A model generated the notes under the pieces. The model did not search any database. It saw only the letters and a program-made list of their open reading frames with translations, and was not told the DNA's origin. Positions 1 through 6,880 of a DNA stretch of 7,399 nucleotides are shown here, in pieces (within the stretch, counting starts at the first letter, position 1; every line of letters begins with the position of its first letter). This DNA comes from an uncultured Muribaculaceae bacterium. Its GTDB lineage: Bacteria; Pseudomonadota; Alphaproteobacteria; Rs-D84. A program made the translations under genes and the position numbers. The stretch is taken from NCBI GenBank assembly GCA_964371145.1, contig CAYJKO010000005.1, positions 21,253-28,651 on the forward strand, written 5' to 3'.

Positions 1-1
1 G

Positions 2-2314
2 ACATTTGATTGGTTAAAAGATTATTTGGATACAAATGAAACGCCGGATTCAATTGCAACAAAATTAAATGCAATTGGTTTGGAAATAGAAGATTTAACA
101 ATACCGACTTTACCGGTTGCGGCTAAAATTGTTGAATGCGAAAAACATTCCGACAGCGATCATTTACATGTTTTAAAAGTCGATGATGGATCGGGCGAAT
201 TGCGTCAAGTTGTATGCGGTGCGCCAAACGTTCGCGTTGGATTGGTGTCTGCGCTGGCGAAACCTGGTTGTAAAATCGGGGATTTTGAAATCGGCTCTGG
301 TAAAATTCGTGGCGTTGTATCAAATGGTATGATGTGCAGCGCAAAAGAGCTGGGGTTGGGAAATGACCACGATGGTATCATGGAATTAAATGAAGCCGAC
401 GAAGTTTTGGGGCAAACAATATTTGCTATGCGTGATATGACATCCCCTGTGTTCGAAGGTTCTATAACTCCAAATCGTCCGGATTATTTATCTGTATCTG
501 GAATTGCGCGCGATTTATCAGCGGCGGGCATGGGAACATATTTGGAACAAAAAATAAATACTCCGTTTCAAAATAATGATAACAGAAAAGTCGAGATTGA
601 AAATTTGGATTTATGCCCAATTTACAGATTGGCAGAAATTAAAAATATCGATTTAAAATCCAGCAATCAAAAAATTGCAGCACGTTTATCTGCGATTGGA
701 GTCAATCCGAAAAATGCGGCTGTGGATGCGACGAATTATATTTGTTTTGACATGGGTCAACCTATGCATTGTTTTGACGCGGATAAAGTTATTGGAAAAA
801 TCACAGTACGTCTGGCAAAGACGGACGAAGAATTTACCGATTTATTTGGCACAGAACATAAATTAAAAGATACGGATTTAGTTATCGCGGACGAGATAGG
901 TGTTTTGGCGGCAGCCGGGGTCGTTGGTGGAATGCGTTCTATGACAGATGATAATACAAAAAATATTTTATTAGAATCAGCATATTTTAATCCGGTATCC
1001 GTTCGTAAAACATCTAAACGTATGGGATTGTCATCTGACGCGTCATATCGTTTCGAACGCGGAATTGACCCAACGGTTAATGGGGGAGCTTTGTCGCGCT
1101 GTGCGTCCATTATAATGGAAGAATGCGGCGGAGAAATGATAGGTGTATCCATTGCCGGTGCGCCGATTATGCCAAATGTTAAAATAAACTATAATCCCGG
1201 TCTTTTCGTTAAAAAAATCGGTTTTGATATTGCAAAAGACGAACAATTGGCGATTTTAAAATCATACGGATATGTGGTTGATTCATCCGCCGACGATTGG
1301 GTTGTTATGCCACCGGCATCACGCGTAGAAATTGAAATCCCAGAACATATTATTTCTGATTTAATCAGAATGTACGGTTATGATAAAATTAAAATCGATA
1401 ATGATAAAAAATATTTATCTGTGAATAATTCAAATGACATGGGTTTGTCTGTTAAAAGACATCTGGTGGCGCGTGGATTAAATGAACATATTTATTTCGG
1501 TTTTGGAAATGATGAATTCGAAAAAGAATTGTTTGATAAACCGAACGTTATGATATTAAACCCGATTACGGTTAAATTAAATACTTTGCGTAATAATTTG
1601 TTATGCAATATGTTGGATGTAATTTCTTTAAATGAAAACCGTGGATATGCAGATATAGATTTATTTTCATATGGCACAGTATTTGATGGCGATACACCAG
1701 GCGCACAACATAATCAATTGGTTGTGGTGCGAACAGGGGTCACGTCACCAAAACATTGGCAAGGCCGCAATCGCGACAAAGATATATATGATGTAAAATC
1801 AGATATATTGTCTTTGTTCGGTGGTCAAAATTTAACTGTTAAAACAGATAACCCACCACGTTGGGCGCATCCATACAGATATGGCGCATTGTACCAAGGT
1901 AACAAAATGGTTGGGCAATTCGGTGAATTACATCCCGTAATTGCAAAGGCAAAAAAAATCAAAACAAATGTTGTAATTGGATTGATTGAAGATACATCTG
2001 TTTTACCAGCCGTTATAAAACATAAAAAAATACCTGTTACAGAATTTCAACCTGTGACACGTGATTTTGCTTTTATTGTGGATGCGGATTGCGCGGCGGA
2101 AAAAATAACGTCATCTGCAAAATCTGTGGATGCCAGAATTGATAATATAACCGTGTTTGATTCATTCGAAATGGGTGACAATAAAAAATCTGTTGCATTT
2201 ACAATAACGGTAATTCCGACAACAAAAATCGGTGAAGATACTATGATGGAAATTCAAAATAAAATCATAGCAAATGTTGAAAAAACAACCGGCGGCAAAA
2301 TCCGCGATAAATAA
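2..2314 (+). CDS. pheT: Phenylalanine--tRNA ligase beta subunit, 5' end truncated by the window edge
   Basis: The frame is open from nt 2 (TFDWLKDYLDT...), which matches the conserved PheT N-terminus (MKF(T/S)xxWLKxxL). The TTG at 26 in the ORF track is therefore internal, and the true start lies just upstream of the window. The N-terminal OB-fold tRNA-binding domain is recognisable (HLHVLKVDDGSG...VVCGAPNV...IRGVVSNGMMCSAKELGL). So are the B3/B4 region (TPNRPDYLSVSGIARDL), the core (NPITVKLNTLRNNLL...NENRG...DLFSYGTVF) and the C-terminal FDX-ACB domain (EFQPVTRDFAFIV...KSVAFTITV). Stop codon TAA at 2312-2314. Confidence 0.93.
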   Translation, partial: TFDWLKDYLDTNETPDSIATKLNAIGLEIEDLTIPTLPVAAKIVECEKHSDSDHLHVLKVDDGSGELRQVVCGAPNVRVGLVSALAKPGCKIGDFEIGSGKIRGVVSNGMMCSAKELGLGNDHDGIMELNEADEVLGQTIFAMRDMTSPVFEGSITPNRPDYLSVSGIARDLSAAGMGTYLEQKINTPFQNNDNRKVEIENLDLCPIYRLAEIKNIDLKSSNQKIAARLSAIGVNPKNAAVDATNYICFDMGQPMHCFDADKVIGKITVRLAKTDEEFTDLFGTEHKLKDTDLVIADEIGVLAAAGVVGGMRSMTDDNTKNILLESAYFNPVSVRKTSKRMGLSSDASYRFERGIDPTVNGGALSRCASIIMEECGGEMIGVSIAGAPIMPNVKINYNPGLFVKKIGFDIAKDEQLAILKSYGYVVDSSADDWVVMPPASRVEIEIPEHIISDLIRMYGYDKIKIDNDKKYLSVNNSNDMGLSVKRHLVARGLNEHIYFGFGNDEFEKELFDKPNVMILNPITVKLNTLRNNLLCNMLDVISLNENRGYADIDLFSYGTVFDGDTPGAQHNQLVVVRTGVTSPKHWQGRNRDKDIYDVKSDILSLFGGQNLTVKTDNPPRWAHPYRYGALYQGNKMVGQFGELHPVIAKAKKIKTNVVIGLIEDTSVLPAVIKHKKIPVTEFQPVTRDFAFIVDADCAAEKITSSAKSVDARIDNITVFDSFEMGDNKKSVAFTITVIPTTKIGEDTMMEIQNKIIANVEKTTGGKIRDK

Positions 2315-2325
2315 AAAGGTTTACA

Positions 2326-2886
2326 ATGAATAAATACAAAGCGCTGTGTATGCTGACTGTTTTTCTGGGTTTGAACGCTTGTGGCAAACTGTATACGAAT
2401 TATGATGAAATTAATGATTATTTAACAGCTGAATCAAATCATACATTTTCATCAAAAACACCTTTGCCGGCCAAGTATGATATACCGATGGAATGCAAAG
2501 GTTCGAACAGATTCCAAACGTGTAACAATTACAAAGGTGTTTTTCTTCTGAAGGAAGTATTAAATGAATATAATATAAATCCTGTAAACTTGAAAGATTC
2601 AGAAGATAAAAAACTGGGGTTTGATGAAGGTCAAAAATACATTTTAATATCTGTGCCGTATACATTGTTGCATATTATGTCTTTCGGTATAATACCTCTG
2701 TATATTGTAGAAACTGTAAATGCAGAATATAAAGACGGTGATTACGAAATAGAAAAAGAAATAGAATTAAAATATTGGAATTCGACTTTGTTCTTTTCTA
2801 ATTATGATATCGATAAAGAAGAATTGAAAAAAGGCGCGTTGAAAAAAACATTAAACCAAGCCATAAAAGATGGGAAAATAAAATGA
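2326..2886 (+). CDS. Putative lipoprotein of unknown function (186 aa)
   Basis: The ATG lies 11 nt after the pheT stop, preceded by AAAAGG (2314-2319), with no terminator in between, so it is probably co-transcribed with pheT. The N-terminus MNKYKALCMLTVFLGLNAC has a basic n-region, a hydrophobic core and a lipobox-like L-N-A-C with Cys19. The body is Lys/Glu/Asn-rich with one long hydrophobic stretch (YILISVPYTLLHIMSFGIIPLYIV). I recognise no family. The gene ends directly at a strong terminator. Confidence 0.6.
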   Translation: MNKYKALCMLTVFLGLNACGKLYTNYDEINDYLTAESNHTFSSKTPLPAKYDIPMECKGSNRFQTCNNYKGVFLLKEVLNEYNINPVNLKDSEDKKLGFDEGQKYILISVPYTLLHIMSFGIIPLYIVETVNAEYKDGDYEIEKEIELKYWNSTLFFSNYDIDKEELKKGALKKTLNQAIKDGKIK

Positions 2887-2911
2887 AAAAACCGGCATTT
2901 CGCCGGTTTTT
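2887..2911. terminator. Bidirectional rho-independent terminator between the convergent lipoprotein gene and nth
   Basis: Sequence AAAAAACCGGC-ATTTC-GCCGGTTTTTTT. A perfect 6-bp stem ACCGGC/GCCGGT (2891-2896 / 2902-2907) has a 5-nt loop, with an A-tract on one side and a T-tract on the other, so it reads as hairpin plus U-tract on both strands. It abuts the TGA at 2884-2886 (+ gene) and the TAA at 2912-2914 (- gene). Confidence 0.85.
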
Positions 2912-3571
2912 TTATTTCATTTTATCTGGGGCGGGACATATGTTAAATATCGGACACGTATCGCATTTTGGGCGCTGTGCGCGACATGTATAACGGCCAT
3001 GCAATACCATTACGTGATTTACCATACCGTGAAATCTTTTCGGGATAAATTTTAATAATTTCTTCTCTACTTTTTCAGGTGTGTTATCGTTGTCTTTTGC
3101 CCATCCAAATCTGTGGGATAAACGAAACACATGTGTATCAACCCCGATAAATGGCATTCCCCATAAAACATTCATAATAACGTTCGCGGTCTTTTGTCCG
3201 ATACCCGGCAAATCCATCAAAGATTTTTGATTATGAAAATCTTGTGGGAATTTCCAATTCGTATCTTCTGATATGTTTGCCAATTTTTCAGACATAGCAA
3301 TTATATTTTTTGCTTTGTTATTGAAAAAAGATATAACGCGAATATGTTCTTTTAAACCGTTTTCACCCAATTCCAACATCTTATCCGGGGTTGGTGCGAT
3401 ATCAAATAAAACGGGCGTTACTTCGTTCACTTTTTTATCCGTTGCTTGCGCCGATAAAATCACCGCCACCGCAAACGTGAATTCATTAATCGCATATAAT
3501 TCAGACCGTATATCCATATCTATAATTTTTGGAATTTGTTCAAAATAAATATCCGGTGATAATTTTTTCAT
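2912..3571 (-). CDS. nth: Endonuclease III (bifunctional DNA glycosylase / AP lyase)
   Basis: The 219-aa product is colinear with E. coli Nth as I recall it. It has VILSAQATD, the helix-hairpin-helix LPGIGQKTANVI with the catalytic Lys, VDTHVFR with the catalytic Asp, and the C-terminal 4Fe-4S ligand pattern C-x6-C-x2-C-x5-C (CRAQRPKCDTCPIFNIC). RBS GGAAAG lies 4 nt upstream of the ATG (3569-3571 on the minus strand). Confidence 0.93.
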   Translation of the reverse strand: MKKLSPDIYFEQIPKIIDMDIRSELYAINEFTFAVAVILSAQATDKKVNEVTPVLFDIAPTPDKMLELGENGLKEHIRVISFFNNKAKNIIAMSEKLANISEDTNWKFPQDFHNQKSLMDLPGIGQKTANVIMNVLWGMPFIGVDTHVFRLSHRFGWAKDNDNTPEKVEKKLLKFIPKRFHGMVNHVMVLHGRYTCRAQRPKCDTCPIFNICPAPDKMK

Positions 3572-3584
3572 TGTCTTTCCTTCG

Positions 3585-3613
3585 TATAAAACAACCGCCC
3601 GTGATGGGCGGTT
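3585..3613 (-). terminator. Intrinsic-terminator-like hairpin immediately downstream of ileS
   Basis: The minus strand reads AACCGCCC-AUCAC-GGGCGGUU followed by GUUUUAUA. The stem is 8 bp and perfect (3593-3600 / 3606-3613). It starts 6 nt after the ileS stop codon, and the U-tract is interrupted. Confidence 0.65.
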
Positions 3614-3619
3614 TTGTTA

Positions 3620-6600
3620 TTATGCTTTTGTTATTTTAATGCTGAATTTATAGCCTTCGATTTCGGTGTTGTGTTCACCAATACCCGATTTTAAATCAAC
3701 ACATAATGTATCAGACATAATTTTGTCTTTATATTTTTGAACCGCATTTGCCAATTTTTCATCAGCCGTATATTCAATAATAATTCTGTTCGATACTTCC
3801 AAACCAACTGTCTTACGTGTGTCTTGGATAAAACGCAAAGCGTCATTTACCAGACCTTCGGAAATTAATTCGTCGTTTAAATTTGTATCCAAAATAATAA
3901 CCGCGGTATTATCCGGCAAAGCAATTCCCGGAACGCCATTTTTAACAGTCAATCTAGATTCAAATTCATCCGCGTTTAATGTATATTCGCCGACAATTAA
4001 TTTGTCATCCGCCATGCTATATTTACCCTGTTTTACCATTGGGATAATGTCACGTAATGCACCACCCAAACGTGCGCCAATTTTCGGAGTAATCAAATAT
4101 ACAAAAGAATCGGCGACATCATTTACGTCTTGGATAAAATCAACAGATTTAACATTTAATTCATCACAAATAATGTCGTTGTAATCTGCCATATTAATTC
4201 CGGCAACTGTTAATTTTGCCAAAGGCAAACGGTTGCGCATTTTATATTCTTCGCGTAATTGTTTACCCACAGACACTATCATTTGAATGCGACGCATATC
4301 TTCTTTTAATGATAAATCGCCGGCGTTTTCGTCATATTTTGGATATTCGGTCAAATGAACGGATGCATCCCCTGTCAAATTTTTATATATAAATTCAGAC
4401 ACAAACGGAGCCAACGGCGCAATCAATTTTGCAACAGTCGTTAAGACGTTATATAACGTATCGAACGCGCCCTGTTCTTCGTTCCAAAAACGCGCGCGAG
4501 AACGACGGATATACCAATTGTTTAAGATGTCTAAAAATTCTACAACTGATTTTACAAAAACGCTTGGGTCATAATTAGACAAAGAATTATTTGCAACGCG
4601 CACCAAATTATTTAATTCAGACATTATGTATTTGTCCATAACGTTATCAATTTTTGAATTTTCATTTGCGACTACATTTCCTGCATTCGCGTATAACGTA
4701 AAGAAATGATAAGCGTTCCAAAGCGGAGTTAATAAATTTTTAATTGTGTCATTAAATACTTTACCGCCTTTATCAATTGGCACAGGTTCTGCTTTTAAAA
4801 AGTTGCTGCCCAATATATACAAACGCATAGAATCCGCACCATATGTATCCAACATTTCAATTGGGTCTACGTAATTACCAACGGATTTAGACATTTTCTT
4901 TTTGTGTTCGTCGACAGACATACCGTTTGCAGAAATCGTATTAAATGCCGGTCTGTCAAATAAAGCGGTTGATAATACCATCAAAGTATAAAACCAGCCA
5001 CGTGTTTGGTCTTGGCCTTCGATAATATAATCTGAAATGTATGCGTCGGCGACTTCTTCTGAATTTTCAAACGGGAAATGTTTTGCAGCAAATGGCATAG
5101 AACCAGATTCAAACCAAGCGTCCAAAACGTCCGGAATACGTTTCCATCCGTCTTTTGTTAAACCGTCCATAGTTGCGCGATGTAAATCTTTAACGTCTGC
5201 ACCGAAAAATTCATTTAATTCTGCGATTGATCCGAATACTTTGATGTCGCCCGCTTCATTAGTCCAAATTGGTAATGGAACACCCCAGAAACGATTTCTG
5301 GAAATACCCCATGGGCGTGCGCCTTCTATCCATGCAGAAAAACGATTTCCTGCAGATTTCCAATCAACGGATTTGTTTAATTCAATTAATCTGTCGCGGA
5401 TTTTTGGAACGTCAATGTACCAAGCGTCTGTCGCACGATAAATCAATTTTACTTTTGTGCGAGGCGACATAGGATAGCTGTGTTTATATTGTTCTTTTTT
5501 TACCAACTGACCGCGTTGTTTTAAATTTTCCATAATTTGTGGATTTGCTTCGAAAATATTCACCCCCGCCCAATCTTTAACGTCGGCTGTAAAATTACCA
5601 TAATCATCAACGTTTACAATAACTGGGAATTTAGGGTCAATTTCTTTTGCAGCCAAATAATCTTCTTCGCCGAATGCAGGTGCGATATGAACGATACCGG
5701 TACCGGACGCGTCAGAAACATAATCCGCCGCAATCACAGAATACAATCTTTCATCATCATAATAATTAAATAATGGTTTGTATTTTAAACCAACCATATC
5801 CGCGCCTGAAATTGTACCAACGTTTTGAGCGTTTTCAAATTGTTTTGCGTATCCAGACAACAGGTTTGTTGCAATGATATATTCTGCGCCATCTGCGTCT
5901 TTCATAATTGTGTATTCCATATTTGGATTTACCGCCAAAGCAGAATTCGCAGGCAATGTCCAAGGTGTCGTAGTCCATGCCAAAACACGTCGACCGTTTT
6001 CTAATTCAAACCAAACCGTGACAGCGTCATCAACAACGTCTTCGTATTCGGATGACGCTTCGGAATTAGACATAACAGTTCCCAATTTCCAATCAAACGG
6101 ATTTACTTTAAAGTCTTTGTATAACAATCCGTCATCGTATAATTTTTTCAAAGCCCAAATTACAGATTCCATATATTCAGGATTCATAGTGTTGTAAACA
6201 TTTTCTTCACCTATATCAACCCAACGACCTAAACGGTTTAAATAATTACCCCATTCGCCAACATATTTCATAACACCACGACGACACATATTACAAAATT
6301 CTTCGATACCGTATTTTGCAACAATGTCTTTTGTTTGCATGCCCAATTCTTTTTCAACCATAACCTCGGTTGGCAATCCATGAACATCCCATCCCAATTG
6401 ATGAACAACGTTACGACCGCGCATATTATTAAAACGGCATACCATATCTTTTACCGCAGACACACCCAAATGCCCGATATGAGGAATAGAAGAAGGTGTC
6501 GCCGGCCCGTCAAAAAATAAGAAACGTTTTCCGTTTGCGTTTTTTTCTTGCAGCTTTGCGAAAGTATTATCCGCCGCCCAAAATTCTGTCATATTTTTTT

Positions 6601-6646
6601 CTATTTCAACAAAGTTTGCTTTTGCGTCTGTTTTTGGATATGTCAT
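3620..6646 (-). CDS. ileS: Isoleucine--tRNA ligase, type 2 (eukaryote-like) form, 1008 aa
   Basis: Class I signatures are present: HIGH (PHIGH) and KMSKS (KKKMSKSVGN). The CP1 editing domain motifs are WTTTPWTLPAN and GTGIVHIAPAFGEEDY, plus GWDVHGLP. Type 2 hallmarks are DAWFESGSMPFA...HFPFEN and a C-terminal extension lacking the Cys-rich zinc motif of type 1 enzymes. RBS AAGGAAA is upstream of the ATG (6644-6646 on the minus strand). Stop codon TAA at 3620-3622. Confidence 0.95.
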   Translation of the reverse strand: MTYPKTDAKANFVEIEKNMTEFWAADNTFAKLQEKNANGKRFLFFDGPATPSSIPHIGHLGVSAVKDMVCRFNNMRGRNVVHQLGWDVHGLPTEVMVEKELGMQTKDIVAKYGIEEFCNMCRRGVMKYVGEWGNYLNRLGRWVDIGEENVYNTMNPEYMESVIWALKKLYDDGLLYKDFKVNPFDWKLGTVMSNSEASSEYEDVVDDAVTVWFELENGRRVLAWTTTPWTLPANSALAVNPNMEYTIMKDADGAEYIIATNLLSGYAKQFENAQNVGTISGADMVGLKYKPLFNYYDDERLYSVIAADYVSDASGTGIVHIAPAFGEEDYLAAKEIDPKFPVIVNVDDYGNFTADVKDWAGVNIFEANPQIMENLKQRGQLVKKEQYKHSYPMSPRTKVKLIYRATDAWYIDVPKIRDRLIELNKSVDWKSAGNRFSAWIEGARPWGISRNRFWGVPLPIWTNEAGDIKVFGSIAELNEFFGADVKDLHRATMDGLTKDGWKRIPDVLDAWFESGSMPFAAKHFPFENSEEVADAYISDYIIEGQDQTRGWFYTLMVLSTALFDRPAFNTISANGMSVDEHKKKMSKSVGNYVDPIEMLDTYGADSMRLYILGSNFLKAEPVPIDKGGKVFNDTIKNLLTPLWNAYHFFTLYANAGNVVANENSKIDNVMDKYIMSELNNLVRVANNSLSNYDPSVFVKSVVEFLDILNNWYIRRSRARFWNEEQGAFDTLYNVLTTVAKLIAPLAPFVSEFIYKNLTGDASVHLTEYPKYDENAGDLSLKEDMRRIQMIVSVGKQLREEYKMRNRLPLAKLTVAGINMADYNDIICDELNVKSVDFIQDVNDVADSFVYLITPKIGARLGGALRDIIPMVKQGKYSMADDKLIVGEYTLNADEFESRLTVKNGVPGIALPDNTAVIILDTNLNDELISEGLVNDALRFIQDTRKTVGLEVSNRIIIEYTADEKLANAVQKYKDKIMSDTLCVDLKSGIGEHNTEIEGYKFSIKITKA

Positions 6647-6685
6647 TTTGTGTTTCCTTGTTAATTTTAATTATTATTTTCGCAT

Positions 6686-6726
6686 AAAAAAAAGCGCCTA
6701 TGCGCCCCAGCAATCGCCAAAGGGGC
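6686..6726 (-). promoter_or_regulatory. Candidate transcription attenuator in the ileS leader (alternative antiterminator / terminator hairpins plus U8)
   Basis: The minus strand reads GCCCCUUUGGCGAUUGCUGGGGCGCAUAGGCGCUUUUUUUU. Terminator: GCGC (6702-6705) pairs with GCGC (6694-6697) across the loop AUAG, extendable by three G-U pairs into the following run of 8 U (6686-6693). Antiterminator: GCCCC (6722-6726) pairs with GGGGC (6704-6708) and overlaps the 5' arm of the terminator, so the two structures are mutually exclusive. The U-tract ends 39 nt upstream of the ileS ATG. The terminator stem is short (4 G-C pairs), hence the modest confidence. Confidence 0.4.
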
Positions 6727-6735
6727 AATTTGCAT

Positions 6736-6768
6736 TTATGCTATGATAATAACTTTTGTGTTTTTCAT
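6736..6768 (-). CDS. Candidate ileS leader peptide MKNTKVIIIA (10 codons, three consecutive Ile codons)
   Basis: The minus strand reads ATG AAA AAC ACA AAA GTT ATT ATC ATA GCA TAA. The stop codon lies 9 nt upstream of the GCCCC antiterminator arm. There is no canonical SD at normal spacing; the predicted transcription start coincides roughly with the ATG. The call rests on context only. Confidence 0.35.
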   Translation of the reverse strand: MKNTKVIIIA

Positions 6769-6775
6769 AACATTT

Positions 6776-6804
6776 ATTTTACCTTGGATTTGACCCGAAT
6801 TCAA
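6776..6804 (-). promoter_or_regulatory. Sigma70-type promoter candidate for the ileS leader (TTGAAT - 17 nt - TAAAAT)
   Basis: On the minus strand the -35 TTGAAT is at 6799-6804, followed by a 17-nt spacer and the -10 TAAAAT at 6776-6781. This is the best -35/-10 pair I could find on this strand in the intergenic region. An A/T-rich tract lies upstream. Confidence 0.5.
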
Positions 6805-6820
6805 GAAATTATTTAAAAAA

Positions 6821-6848
6821 TTGACATTTCGTTTTTTTGCAATAGAAT
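6821..6848 (+). promoter_or_regulatory. Near-consensus sigma70-type promoter for the 133-aa orphan gene (TTGACA - 16 nt - TAGAAT)
   Basis: The -35 TTGACA is at 6821-6826 and the -10 TAGAAT at 6843-6848, with a 16-nt spacer. An A/T-rich tract (ATTATTTAAAAAA) lies immediately upstream. It sits about 25-30 nt upstream of a strong SD (AAAGGGG, 6868-6874) and the ATG at 6881. It is back-to-back with the ileS promoter; the two -35 boxes are 16 bp apart. Confidence 0.6.
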
Positions 6849-6880
6849 CACAGCAAAAGATATAACAAAAGGGGTGTATT

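Noticed and set aside
26-28. TTG at 26 as the pheT start codon, as implied by the ORF track
   Set aside because: The frame is open back to nt 2. The upstream residues TFDWLKDY match the conserved extreme N-terminus of PheT, so the real start lies a few codons upstream of the window.
123-1677. Minus-strand ORFs inside pheT (123-344, 757-1152, 1043-1246, 1492-1677) and the + strand ORF at 675-866
   Set aside because: They lie antisense or out of frame within a confidently identified conserved gene. They have no SD or promoter context, their products are low-complexity or Ser/Pro/Arg-rich, and they look like typical shadow ORFs.
2411-3548. Antisense ORFs at 2411-2665 (-) and 3273-3548 (+)
   Set aside because: They are embedded opposite the lipoprotein gene and nth respectively, and nothing in their sequence suggests real genes.
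3819-6687. Plus-strand ORFs inside ileS (3819-4184, 5037-5441, 5269-5472, 5537-5773, 5874-6197, 6335-6520, 6496-6687)
   Set aside because: All are antisense to a 1008-aa conserved synthetase gene. Their compositions are typical of antisense translation, and none has a convincing start context.
6667-6735. Second small ORF in the ileS leader (MQIAPLAIAGAHRRFFLCENNN), starting at the ATG immediately after the mini-ORF stop (TAAATG)
   Set aside because: It runs straight through the antiterminator and terminator hairpins and the U-tract, has no SD and no distinctive codon content. It is most likely incidental, although reinitiation after the mini-ORF cannot be strictly excluded.
6790-6819. Additional plus-strand promoter TTGACC (6790-6795) with TAAAAA at about 6814-6819
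   Set aside because: The -10 candidate lacks the invariant final T. The much better TTGACA-16-TAGAAT lies immediately downstream and explains expression of the orphan gene.
6647-6880. T-box riboswitch upstream of ileS
   Set aside because: The leader is only about 120 nt long. It has no recognisable T-box core (AGGGUGGNACCGCG-like), no specifier-loop architecture and no stem I features. The structure looks like a simple two-hairpin attenuator instead.
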